Assembly: GCA_951406725.2 (NCBI GenBank)
Contig: OX597816.1
Coordinates: 175,336,001 to 175,400,000 of the forward strand
Reading direction: 5' to 3'
Origin: Octopus vulgaris
Taxonomy: Eukaryota
DNA: 64,000 nt
Shown: piece by piece, positions 53,526-64,000 of the stretch
How the letters are laid out: each line of letters starts with the position of its first letter
Numbering within the stretch: the stretch's first letter is position 1
The notes under the pieces: model-generated
Database searches by the model: none
What the model was told of the DNA's origin: nothing
Seen by the model: only the letters and a program-made list of their open reading frames with translations
Made by a program: the position numbers and the translations under genes

Positions 53526-55921
53526 ATACTATTCTGTTCAATGACACTATTTCATGTTTTGGTTTAATGAGGGATCTATGTTGATTGCTGTTTTTAATAA
53601 TTATAATGATTACGATTATTATTGTTTCTTTATTCGCTCCTGTATGCAATAAAACTTTTAGGACATGGGGATCACAAGAGAAAGTTATTTGAAAACGAGG
53701 AGATTGTTGAAGCACGCCAGACAATGGACGTATTTGATAAATACAATTTAAACATAGATTTATCAGAAATGCAATATTTAAAACTGGACATAACATTAGT
53801 GAAGAGTTGTAGTGCATCAGAGCACTGTATATACAGCTTTTTATTAATTATAAAAAAAAGGCATTTAGGGTAACACACCCACACGCAAATGAGAACATTT
53901 TAAGTAGGTTGGGTCAGGTATCCCGCAAATCTACTGCTAACCATTCATATTGTTCCTGATTTGACCAAAAATATATCTAAGCATTTCTTTAGTGGGTTCA
54001 TTCCTGAAATTTTCCACATCTGAGCTAAGGTATTTTATTCATTCTTGAGTGGTTTTGACCAAACCTTAGTTTTGGGTGCTCCAAGTTTTCATTTCCCGAC
54101 CACTGTTCATATTAATTCATTGGTTGTCTGTTGAGTCTCAGAGGACATGCGTTTCCTGCAGTCTCTTGGTAGCTTTCTGTCAGAGTTGGCTTTCTCCTCC
54201 CATTATGGACTACTAGTTCCCCTCAATTTCTATATGGATCTCCATCCTCATAAGTGAATAGGTACTGCTGGGTGGGGTGAACTTTGATACAAACTGAATC
54301 TGGTTCAATCTCTTATTTCCAGAGCATTGACCAATAGCATTGGGAAAAAGCAGCCTCCAAAATCTTTGTTTCTGCACTGATGATGGGTACAACTCTGGAG
54401 TGGCCTTGAGGTTTTAAAGGCTCACAAGGACTTGCAAATCCATGCTGACCTTCCTGACCATACATCATTCCTTGATACCTTAGCACCAACCTGTACTGCA
54501 ATGCATAAAAAAAAGAGAACAAACCAAAGGTCAATGCCATTGCTAATGCCCACAACTATTACCTTGATGTTAAGTTGACTCGTAACTTGGAGTGTGAGCC
54601 TGTAGGTATATGTTTTATGCACTATACCCACTTGATGTTGAGCATCACCCTCTGTCCTGAAGGTCAAGTAAATAGTACCATAATTGATCTTTTCAGATCA
54701 TAAAGAATCCTTCTGTGAAACAAACGTAGATCGGTTTTTCTATTTCCATGTATGTTCTCAAATGAATCAACAAGTTCTTTTGAATTGTTGCCAAACTAAT
54801 TTCCAAAACTACTGTCAATGCATTTAGTAAAAACTTATTGCTCCTTCTTTCTGCAAAAGGATTTTGTTTGCATTTTTATTTGGTTTTCTTCAGAAATGTT
54901 TTATTGTTTTTGAAGGGTTTTGCTACCCACTTGTTTTGCTACCATTGTGTTGTGTACAAAAAACTATTGAATGCAAACTATTCAAAAGGATTTTTCTACC
55001 AAAACTTGGCAAAAATAATTAAACATACTACCACTATGCCTTATAAAACAAGTCCACATGACACTGAGAAGAAATATTTAATTCCTTTAAAGAAAAATGT
55101 GGTAATTACTAAGAGAGTATTGAAAGAAAACATATTTATTCTAACACTGATACAAGATTTCAGATTTGAGGAGAAAGGGTACTTCATTATATTGAACCTC
55201 GAAGATTACCCATAGAAAAATACTTTGAATATTAAGAAGGCTCCTTAGAACTGGTTGATAACTTCTGTTATCTAATTAGTAATAGTGGAGAATGTTCTTG
55301 AGGCAAAGCAACCAGAGTAAGACTGAGGCAGAAAAGTTGAAGTAGCTTTTATAGAAATAAACCAGATGTTTGCATCAAAAGGCTTTTTTTTCCTCTGAGC
55401 AAAAGGCAGATTGTACAATGCTTGTGCACAATATGTGATGTTGCACGGTAGCAAAATATGTTGAATGCAGATGATATGCAAAGGCCAGATAGAAATGGAT
55501 GTATGTTATTGTGAGTGAGCAAGCCACAGAACACGAATGAGCTGAGAGAAAAAGTGAGCATAAGAAGAATCAGATATGGAGATCTTGAGAGAAAACTGAG
55601 CTGGTGTCAACATGTGATGCATGTGGAGGATGAGAGTTGAGTAATGATTTGCCAGGTAATCCATATGGAAGGAACCTATGAAAGTGGATCAAGGTTGGCA
55701 TGGAAAGTGAAAGCTGATTTCAGGAGACTGGATCTCACAAAGAAAATGCCAAATTATTGGCAACAAGTGTTGCAATCTTGCGCTCGAGAAAACCTGTCCA
55801 ATACATGCAAGCATTGGTAAAAGAGACATAAAATAATAATGGTGATGATACTCTTTAATTGTCCTTACTGAGAATAAGGATTACTTAAAATTATTTTCCT
55901 ATTTCTGTTGACAGAGTGAAG

Positions 55922-55983
55922 ATGACCAGTGTTCAGGCTGTCCAGTCAAATAAAACATCACAAGACACTTCAACATCATCCAG
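55922..55983 (+). CDS. KDM1B: KDM1B probable first coding exon (MTSVQAVQSNKTSQDTSTSSR); exon begins at 55915
   Basis: GACAG acceptor at 55913-55914, AAGATGA start context, CAG|GTAATA donor in phase 2 matching the next exon. The peptide itself is not conserved. Confidence 0.65.
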
Positions 55984-56762
55984 GTAATAAATCGAATAAT
56001 CATTGTTTGATGCTTATTTGTTAAGAGGTACAGAAATAGAGAAAGTCTGAAAATTTGTTCAATCTACTTCTAGATTTGCTATGATTCTATTATCATACCA
56101 CAGTAGTTATGTTATTTGAATACTTTTTATATCCGTTTTATTTTATGTTACTGGTAATGCCATTTATTTTCACAGGGATTATACAGATTAATTGAAGTCA
56201 TGTTTGCTTGTAATATATGTAAAAGCTACATAAAACTGTAGAAAAAGTTTTAAGAGTCAGTATTGCTTTGATTTCATGAGTTGGATGCCAATATATTATA
56301 GCCACGTATCTCCTTTACTGCAAGATGCCTTCTTTTGTCCTTCACTCATACTCTAACCTCTCATCTAGTCCTAAACCACCTTTCTTAATACCATTTCCCC
56401 CACCCTCAGTTGAAGTGGGAGGGGTTGTCTTGTAAATTATTTGGTGACATTACTGCTGCTGCTGATGCCACATAAAAAGCACCCAGCACATTCTGTGGTT
56501 GGCATTAAGAAGGGTATCCAGCTGTAGAAACCATTACCAAAGTAGACAAGTAAAGCTTGGTGGAGTCCTCTGCCTGCCCAACCCCTGTCAAACCATCCAA
56601 CCCTTGCTAGCATGAGAAACAGACATTAAATGATGATGATGATTCAGAGATTTTTGGGTATCTATCCTTGACAGCTATTTGAACTGAGGTGATTTGGATT
56701 ATAATGTTCTGCCTGGAAATAACAACAAAAATGGCTGCATGAAGCTCACGAGGGAGCCGTTA

Positions 56763-59357
56763 TGAAGAGCGTTCATTAAAGATTTTCCCTGACCCGCTTC
56801 CGGTTATTGCAGGAAATGTAACTTGTACAGGTAGAATCATACATGTCTCTACATGTTACATTGTAAATTGCAGCTTTCCACTAGTGTTTGTTTGTCTTTT
56901 ATGGCTGCTGAAGTGGACTGAGGTGTTATAATGGAGGCAGTTGAATGCAGATCAGGGATCAGGTTCTTATATTTGAAAAGAGTACACCGAAAGAGACTTT
57001 CAATGAGATGAAAGAAGTTTAGGGTGACAATGCACCATCATACGACATAGTCAAGCACTAGCATTGCCAGTTCAAATGTGGTGAGACATTGGTGGAAACT
57101 GCTCCTGTTCCTGGATGACCACATTCCACCATTGATGATGACACCATCCATAAAGAGGAAGCCGCCATTTTGGAGGATCACTGCATAACTATTTGCCCAA
57201 GAAGTGAAGCTAAGTGTAGGGTCCATGGAATAAAATCATTCACGACCATTTGTACATGTGGAAGTTGTCTGCACGATGGATTCCCCAGGTGCTTCCACCT
57301 TTTCAGAAGCAGAAATGAGTCAGTTGCTCCCAGGCTCTTTTAGCAAAGTGCCAAGAAAATTAGGGCTTTTGCGGTGGACTTATCACACAGGATGAAATAT
57401 AGGTCCATCATTATGATCCTGAGACTAGAGACCAGTTGAAGTAATAGAAGCATGATAACTCACCACCTCCAAAGAAGCCTTGTGTCCAACCCTCAGCAGG
57501 CAAGATGATGCTCACAGTCTTTTGCGATCAGCACGGAATAGTGATGATGGATTTTCTGACAAAGGGCACTACAATTAATGGGACATATGCTTTTCTGCTG
57601 CAGAAATTGCAGGACACCATCAAAACAGAGAGGCGTGGCATGCTGACCAAAAGAGCCCACCTCCTCCAAGACAATGCCCCAGCTCATAATGCACATTTTG
57701 CCCAGATGAAACCACACTCCTGCAGCTACGAAATCCTGCCTCATCTCTCTTACTACTCCTGACCTCGCACCATTTAACTTTCCAATCATGAAGTCTTTTT
57801 TTGAAGGGGAAGGACTTTTCAGATGATGATGATGAACTTATTTCCAAAGTAAAGTCTTGGCTCCAGACGCAACCAACTGACTTCTACAGATGAGATCTTC
57901 ACAGCTGCATAAAGCGATGGCAGAACTGTCTCCATTGGTGATGGCTATGTAGATGTATTGGCTTGGCTTCACTGATGAAGATTAGGAAGGCTGTTGTCCA
58001 CGTTGTTGGCATGCTCATTCATGGCTGATAAGGCCTACGTGGGATTGACATATCCAGTTTCTGTGATGACAGGGGTATGGTCGTTCAAGGTCTGATGATG
58101 CAGATGTATTGTTTGTCTTCAGGAGAGGCACTGCCAGAGATCTCAAAGGAGGAAACAACATCACTGACAGTATGGCACCGACTGATACGGTCAGCTGTTA
58201 GAGTGGACCACTCACGATAATCAATGTCACAAATGCTAAGGGACTACTTCAGGCAGTCCTTGTAACGCTTCCTTGGTGCCCCCTTTTGTGGTGTCTAGTG
58301 GTGAGCTCACCACACATGGTGATCTTGGGTAGAAGGTGGTCTTTCATCCTGTCAGCATACCCTGCCCCATGCAGTTGTGTCTTAAGTAAAATGGCTTCCA
58401 GACTGGTGACCTTTGCTAGCTCGAGGACCTCAGTGTTGGTGATGTGGTCACTCCAGTCAATGTTGAGGATGGTATGGAGGCAGCATTCGTGAAAACGTTT
58501 GAGAAGTCTGAGATGATAGAAGTAGGGCATCCAGGACCCAGTCATATAGGAGTGTCGTGAGAACGATGGCCCCGTAGACACTGACTTTTGTGCTGATCTT
58601 AAGATGCTTGTACAATCTGCCATAGACTTTGTTTTCCTTTGCAAGTCTGTTGTCAATTTCTTTGTCAATACTTGCATCTAATGAAATGGTACACCCAAGA
58701 TAAGTGAACTGCTGTACTAACTTCAGTTCTTTTTCGGCAATGGTGATGTGAGGTGAGCAGTACTCATCCAGAGGAGCTAGTTGGTGTAGGACCTCAGTCA
58801 TTTTCAAGCTTACTTCCAGCCCAAAGAGCTAGGTGGCCTCTGTAAAGCAGCATATGGTGCACTGCAGGGCTCTTTCTGTGTGTGCAACAAATGTGTTATC
58901 ATCTTCAAAGAGGAAGTCTTGGTGTGGAGAACTGGCCCCACCCTTTATACCTGGGGTTCATCTGCTATGGCCTAGCAAGCTCAGACTATAGCAGAGAGGT
59001 CCTTGGGTCATATCTTTTATATTGGAGTATCCTTCTCCTAGACAAGCTGCTGATCATGTCTAACAAGCCCCATCTGCTCAGAGCAGCCTGGTTATACTAT
59101 GCCAAACACCCACAGTCATCCTCTCCTGTTGGTTTAGATCCAGTTGGTACCATGAGGAAGTTGGAATAGGACTTGGAGTTTGCATCACTCTGTGAAAATT
59201 TTAGCCCAGTATGGTGCTTGCCCAAACCAGCATCTGGTGACTATTTGGACCCCCCATACATCACCCAACCATGTACAGAAAGATTAATAATTATGCCAAG
59301 TTTCATTTATCCTAGTCCTTGGGAAGTGGGTCCGGGGAAATCTTTAATGACCCCTCG
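56763..59357 (+). mobile_element. Degenerate mariner, related to the 4175-5457 copy, interrupted by an RTE LINE; in a KDM1B intron
   Basis: Left TIR TGAAGAGCGTTCATTAAAGATTTTCCCTGACCC after TA; right TIR ending GGAAATCTTTAATGACCCCTCG-TA at 59357. Transposase remnants from ATG 56931 (MEAVECR..., LLQDNAPAH) with many stops. Confidence 0.88.
57955..59270 (-). mobile_element. Internally deleted RTE (BovB-like) LINE nested in the mariner
   Basis: Minus-strand RT C-terminal remnants (FTYLGCTIS...IDKEIDNRLAK; LLPKITMCGEL), (CAAGC)-like tail at about 57960, non-coding 5'-like segment at 58910-59270. Confidence 0.8.
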
Positions 59358-59564
59358 TATGTTATCACTGAACCAGCTCAAAAATAGACAACTTTCAAAT
59401 TATAACTATACTGTCCTAAGAAAGACAACCATCAGTTCACAGCTGGAATTACTTTGGAGACAAAGGTCTGCCCTGTTAGGAATAACTTGCGACTAAATGA
59501 CAACAAAATGCCTTCGTTGGATGTGAAATCCTACTTGTGAGCAAGTAATTTTATCTTTTAACTT

Positions 59565-59935
59565 CTTCTTGTTTCAGTCATTAGACTGGCCATGCTGGGG
59601 CACTGCCTTGAAGAATTTTTAGTCCAATGAATTGGCCTCAGTACTTCTTTTTTAAGCGTGGTACTTATTCTATCAATTTCTTTTACCAAACTGCTAAGTT
59701 ATGAGGATGTAAACATACCAACACTGGTTATCAAGCAGTGGTGGTGGACAAAGACAGACAGACAGACACACATGCCAGGCTTCTTTCAGTTTCCTTCTAC
59801 CAAATCCACTCACAAGGCTTTGGGTGGCCCAAGGCTATAGTAGAAGACACTTGCCCTAGGTGCCATGCAGTGGGACTGAACCCAGAACCATGTAGTTGGA
59901 AAGCAAGCTTCTTATCACACAGCCACACTTGTGCC
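59565..59935 (-). mobile_element. tRNA-derived SINE
   Basis: Reverse complement of the 62386 family. Confidence 0.8.
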
Positions 59936-60653
59936 TGGGTAATTGATTACTTTACCACTTAACTACATTGTTTCTACAATGCAAGTTATGAAGAGATCTA
60001 AAAGCCAATTTGGAAGCAACACAAACACACCACAAGCATGGACATGCTGTTGCTCTAATATATCGTCTCAGTAGCTTAATACAAATATTTGCATTTTTAA
60101 CGGACCCCCCCCCACTGCTAATAATGAAACAATTGTAAACTCATTGAAATAGACTGGACTGTATAGGTGCAGGTATGGCTGTGTGGCTAAGAAGCTTGCC
60201 CTGCAGCTGCAGGGTTTTGGGTTCAATACCTCTGCACAATACTTTGGACACGTGTCTTCAACTATAGCTCCAGGTCAACCAAAGCCTTGTGCGTGTATTT
60301 GATAAATCGAAACTCTGTGTTATTATCTCCTTGCTTTGATATTACACAATAGTGATGAATGAGTGTCACTGCCAATCTTCTGTGTGAACCTGTTTGGTCA
60401 TGGAGAAATATTACCTTCAAAACGGGTGACAGTCGGCAAAGGAAAGGGCGTATGACTGTAGAAAATCTGCCCCAGCCAAATTCCGTCTGTGAGCATGGAA
60501 AAGGGAATGTTAAAACAATGAGGATGATGATACATTTGTAGTAAATGACCCAAATCATCTGTTTGGCAGTGTGTAAGGGTTAGGACCTTATTTGAACAAA
60601 ATTATTTGGTTAAAGGTTTATCTGATTTTGAATTTTTTTTTATCTCTTGACAG

Positions 60654-60797
60654 ATGTTCTGCCCGTGGAATTAAAAGAAAGTCATTCTTTGATGAAACAT
60701 GGGATGTAAGTGGCACCGGTAAGAAACCTGTGCGAGCATGCGAAAGATCTGGTTGCCCGGCAACAATCCCCATCTGTTTTGCCAATTCCACTGAGAG
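60654..60797 (+). CDS. KDM1B: KDM1B exon (CSARGIKRK...RACERSGCPATIPICFANSTER)
   Basis: ACAG acceptor, GTATGG donor; resembles LSD2 'RKCEKAGCxATCPVCFAxxSER'. Confidence 0.9.
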
Positions 60798-61709
60798 GTA
60801 TGGACTTTTTTTTTAAGTATAGTCTTCATATATTTTGGAGTTTGTGTCTTTTATCTAATTACCAAATTATACCAGGTAGTTCAGAAATCATATTCGATGA
60901 CTGGCATCCGTGCCAGTGGAGCGCTAAGAGTGCCCTCCAAGCATGATCATTGCCAGAGCAGCTAACTGGCTTCCGTGCCAGTGGCACATAAAAAGTACCA
61001 TTCGAGCGTGATCATTACTAGCGTCGCCTTACTGATGATGAGTTCAGATGTCTGTAAGTTTTGAATGAAATCATTTTTGAAAGCTAGATGCATGTCAGTG
61101 GGTACAAAAGTCACACATGTAAAGGGCTCACAAATCTATTGAATGTATCCTTGAAGAATATTCTATTTTGTATGGAGGAGTTTTTTTGAAATCGCAGGCA
61201 ACTGGTTGGTGTGCATTCCTAATACCAGTTGAACTGGTATTTGATTTTATTATGACTATTGAAAGTTAAAGTCAATTTAGAAGGAGCTAGTAGACTTACA
61301 TGGTAGATGTGATCCATTACCTTGTTTAATGCCACCACCTCCACCTGATACTTGAGTGCCTTAAGTGGAGTCTGTCCTGTTGTAAACATTGTTATCAGAT
61401 CTCTGGTTTAAAGATTCTTTCTTTTCCCAATACCAGAAGCTCCGTAAAAGGTCGTGGGCATTGCCCTTCATTCTGTGGCTTTGGCATTAAAAATGCAGAA
61501 CTAAAAACATTGTTAGTCTTGGTACATTTCTCAGTTTCTTTATCCCATAATTCATTTACATTTGTTTTACACACAAGTTATTGAAAACAACCAGTTATCC
61601 ATTAATGCTTAATTTTACTGAAGAAATTTATAAATTCTGTCTCTGCTATGAACTTGTTTGACTGTAAACAATTTAGAAAAAGCGTAATTGTGAATTACCT
61701 TTTTCGTAG

Positions 61710-61799
61710 ATGTGTTGGCAGTGGTTATACTTCTCGATGGCATCATATATCAGCCGGAGAGCATTTTTGTAATGAATGCTTTGAATATTTCTACAGAAG
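61710..61799 (+). CDS. KDM1B: KDM1B exon (CVGSGYTSRWHHISAGEHFCNECFEYFYRS)
   Basis: TCGTAG acceptor, GTAAGT donor; closely resembles LSD2 'GYTSRWYHLSCGEHFCNECFDHYYRS'. Confidence 0.95.
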
Positions 61800-61890
61800 G
61801 TAAGTTGCATTCTCTTCTATAAAATGCTTAAGAATTTCACTAGAAATCTTAAAGATTCACTGATAGATAAATGTCTGTTTGATGTCTTAT

Positions 61891-62185
61891 GGGAGGCGCA
61901 ATGGCCCAGTGGTTAGGGCAGCGGACTCGCGGTCGGAGGATCGCGGTTTCGATTCCCAGACCGGGTGTTGTGTGTGTTTATTGAGCGAAAACACCTAAAG
62001 CTCCACAAGGCTCTGGCAGGGGGTGGTGGCGACCCCTGTTGTACTCTTTCGCCACAACTTTCTCTCACTCTCTCTTTCCGTTTCTTGAGTAACACTGCGA
62101 TGGACTGGCGTCCCGTCCAGCTGGGGGGAACACATACGCCACAGAAACTGGGCCCATGTGCCTGGCTAGGCTTGAAAAGGGCAAC
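61891..62185 (+). mobile_element. Second tRNA-derived SINE family, CpG-rich (probably young)
   Basis: A box TGGCCCAGTGG and B-box-like GTTTCGATTCC followed by a non-tRNA body; head resembles 2631-2720. Confidence 0.78.
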
Positions 62186-62385
62186 GTTTCTTTTTTTGTC
62201 TTCTCTCTTTTTTAATCTACTCTCTTTATGTTCCTCTCAGTAGCAACATCACAAAGAAAGTCAATTTCTCAAAGCTTCTCACTTCACTAATTTGTTCCAG
62301 TAGAGTTGAAATTGGTTCATGAACCACTAAACTACTCTGTCAAGCTTTCAACTTAATTGATACCCTTATTGCATATTGGAATCAT

Positions 62386-62546
62386 TGGCTGTGTGGTAAG
62401 TAGCTTGCTAACCAACCACATGGTTCCGGGTTCAGTCCCATTGGGTGGCACCTTGGGCATGTGTCTTCTGCTATAGCCCCGTGCCGACCAATGCCTTGTG
62501 AGTGGATTTGGTAGACGGAAACTGAAAGAAGCCTGTCGTATATATG

Positions 62547-62577
<31 letters not shown>

Positions 62578-62786
62578 GTGTGTTTGTGTGCCTGTGTTTG
62601 TCCCCCCTAGCATTGCCTGACAACCGATGCTGGTGTGTTTACGTCCCCGTCACTTAGCGGTTCGGCAAAGGAGACTGATAGAATAAGTACTGGGCTCACA
62701 AAGAATAAGTCCCGGGGTCGATTTGCTCTACTAAAGGCGGTGCTCCAGCATGGCCGCAGTCAAATGACTGAAACAAGTGAAAGAGT
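62386..62786 (+). mobile_element. tRNA-derived SINE, near full-length
   Basis: A-box-like TGGCTGTGTGG, B-box-like GGTTCAGTCC, central TA/TG tract, tail GGCCGCAGTCAAATGACTGAAACAAG; multiple homologous copies in the window. Confidence 0.88.
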
Positions 62787-62911
62787 GATTGATAAATAAC
62801 TATCAACATTATCTTTCTTTGCTGCTCTACTTGACACACATGTCTTAATATCTACAAAGAAAGTAAATGTCTCGGTGTTTTTACTTGCATTAGCTGTTGT
62901 CTGTATTTCAG

Positions 62912-63137
62912 TCATAAACTCGGTTATGAAACCTTCTGCAAATGGAAGAGTGAATGGTCATCAAAAGCCAAGATGGAAGCTTCGGTCTGTGTATTCATGG
63001 CTGACAAATTGTTACCATTCTGGGTTCAGTGTACGCGGCCTGAGTGTTGCAAGTGGCGGCAGCTCTCCAGAGATTTTGACTTGTATCCAGATTTTATTCG
63101 TAACTTCACCTGTGGGATGACATCAGAAGGGAAAAAG
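62912..63137 (+). CDS. KDM1B: KDM1B exon (HKLGYETFCKWKSEW...FMADKLLPFWVQCTRPECCKWRQL...GKK)
   Basis: TTTCAG acceptor, AAG|GTAATA donor; matches LSD2 'HKDGY...FMADQQLPYWVQCTKPECRKWRQL'. Confidence 0.94.
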
Positions 63138-63619
63138 GTAATATAATTTATTTCATTTGTTTAATAATCCATTATGATTTTACTCAGTGGATTTCATAAT
63201 TACTTTATCTGTTGTTTTTGCACCCACCAACCCACTCTTCCAGCCACCAGCAGTTATTTGACTAACCTTCATCCCACATTCATAACATCTCTCTCTTATC
63301 ACCTCTCTTGCAAGGTACTTGGTGACTCTGTCAGTGTTGGTGCCACATAAAAAGCACCAAGTACACACCGCAAAGTGGTTGGAATTAGGAAGAGCATCCA
63401 GCTCTGTAGAAATCCTGCCAAAACAGACAATGGAACCTGGTGGAGTTCCTGGCCTTGCCAGCTCCTGCCAAACCATCCAACTTATGCTAGCATGGAAAAG
63501 ACATTAAATCATGATGATTGTGGTTTGCATGTGTTCAGTGACTTCACCCAGGAATTGTATGCAATGCTTTTCACACAGTATGGAAAACCACTTGGTAGTT
63601 TTGGGCTTTAGTAGTGCCT

Positions 63620-64000
63620 GTGATTTGAAGTGACATGTTTAGAAGGATAATTTTGGTCCCCTACTTATTGATGTTTGATGGGTCAAGGATGAAGCACCTT
63701 TCTTGCTAGGAACAGCATAAAACTGAGAGAACTCTGCTGCTCTGATCTACTTCTCTCCAACCCATGTCATCAATTCTGGTGTACCCCAAGGTTCAGTTTT
63801 GTCCTTCACATTCTTCCTCGTTTCAACAATGTACTTGCTGTCATCTCTAACTATAACCACACTGATATAGTGATACCACCCTTTATTCCTACCTATTCTT
63901 TATCTTTTGTGCCCAAGTCCCACTTATATGCAACCTAGACACCTCACACCAATCTTTATGAAGTGGAACTTAAGCACATTCTAATACGAAATTGTGCTAA
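63620..64000 (+). mobile_element. Degraded LINE RT fragment (CR1/jockey-like)
   Basis: SGVPQGSVL motif at about 63775-63800. Confidence 0.5.

Larger units (their letters stand above)
55922..63137 (+). other. KDM1B: Lysine-specific histone demethylase 1B (LSD2) gene, 5' part; continues beyond the window
   Basis: Four phase-compatible exons encode the LSD2 N-terminal C4H2C2 zinc finger (CERSGC...C...C...GYTSRWHHISAGEHFCNECF) and the start of the CW-type finger region (LPFWVQCTRPECCKWRQL). Confidence 0.92.

Noticed and set aside
61891-61975. tRNA gene-like sequence (also at 2631 and 62386)
   Set aside because: A/B boxes are present, but there is no complete cloverleaf or acceptor stem and the sequence continues into a SINE body.

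Overview
AT-rich, intron-rich animal genomic DNA. The repeat content (tRNA-headed SINEs ending in TGACTGAAACAAGTAAAAGAG, RTE LINEs with (GAT)n tails, very long TA microsatellites) is typical of an octopod cephalopod; this organism call is inference. Two spliced + strand protein-coding genes can be reconstructed by hand. One is the 3' part of ATP-dependent 6-phosphofructokinase (10 exons, 291-20136). The other is the 5' part of lysine demethylase KDM1B/LSD2 (4 coding exons, 55922-63137), preceded by a CpG-rich promoter at about 53.3-53.5 kb. The rest is transposon-derived: two mariner elements (one split by an RTE LINE), two RTE LINEs in inverted orientation, CR1 fragments, piggyBac-type MITEs, a HINE-like element, many SINEs and a 4.4-kb (TA/TATG)n tract. 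Best candidates for something undescribed: (1) a 396-nt-period, partially tandem, hammerhead-ribozyme-bearing retrozyme/Penelope-like element in a PFK intron, plus two further hammerhead-like motifs next to TA tracts; (2) a candidate distal alternative last exon giving PFK a different C-terminus ending in RQRFSFA; (3) a perfect 377-bp identity tract between two otherwise diverged inverted LINEs; (4) a candidate divergent minus-strand transcript from the KDM1B promoter that could splice in frame into a LINE endonuclease. All coordinates were read by eye, and repeat boundaries are approximate.
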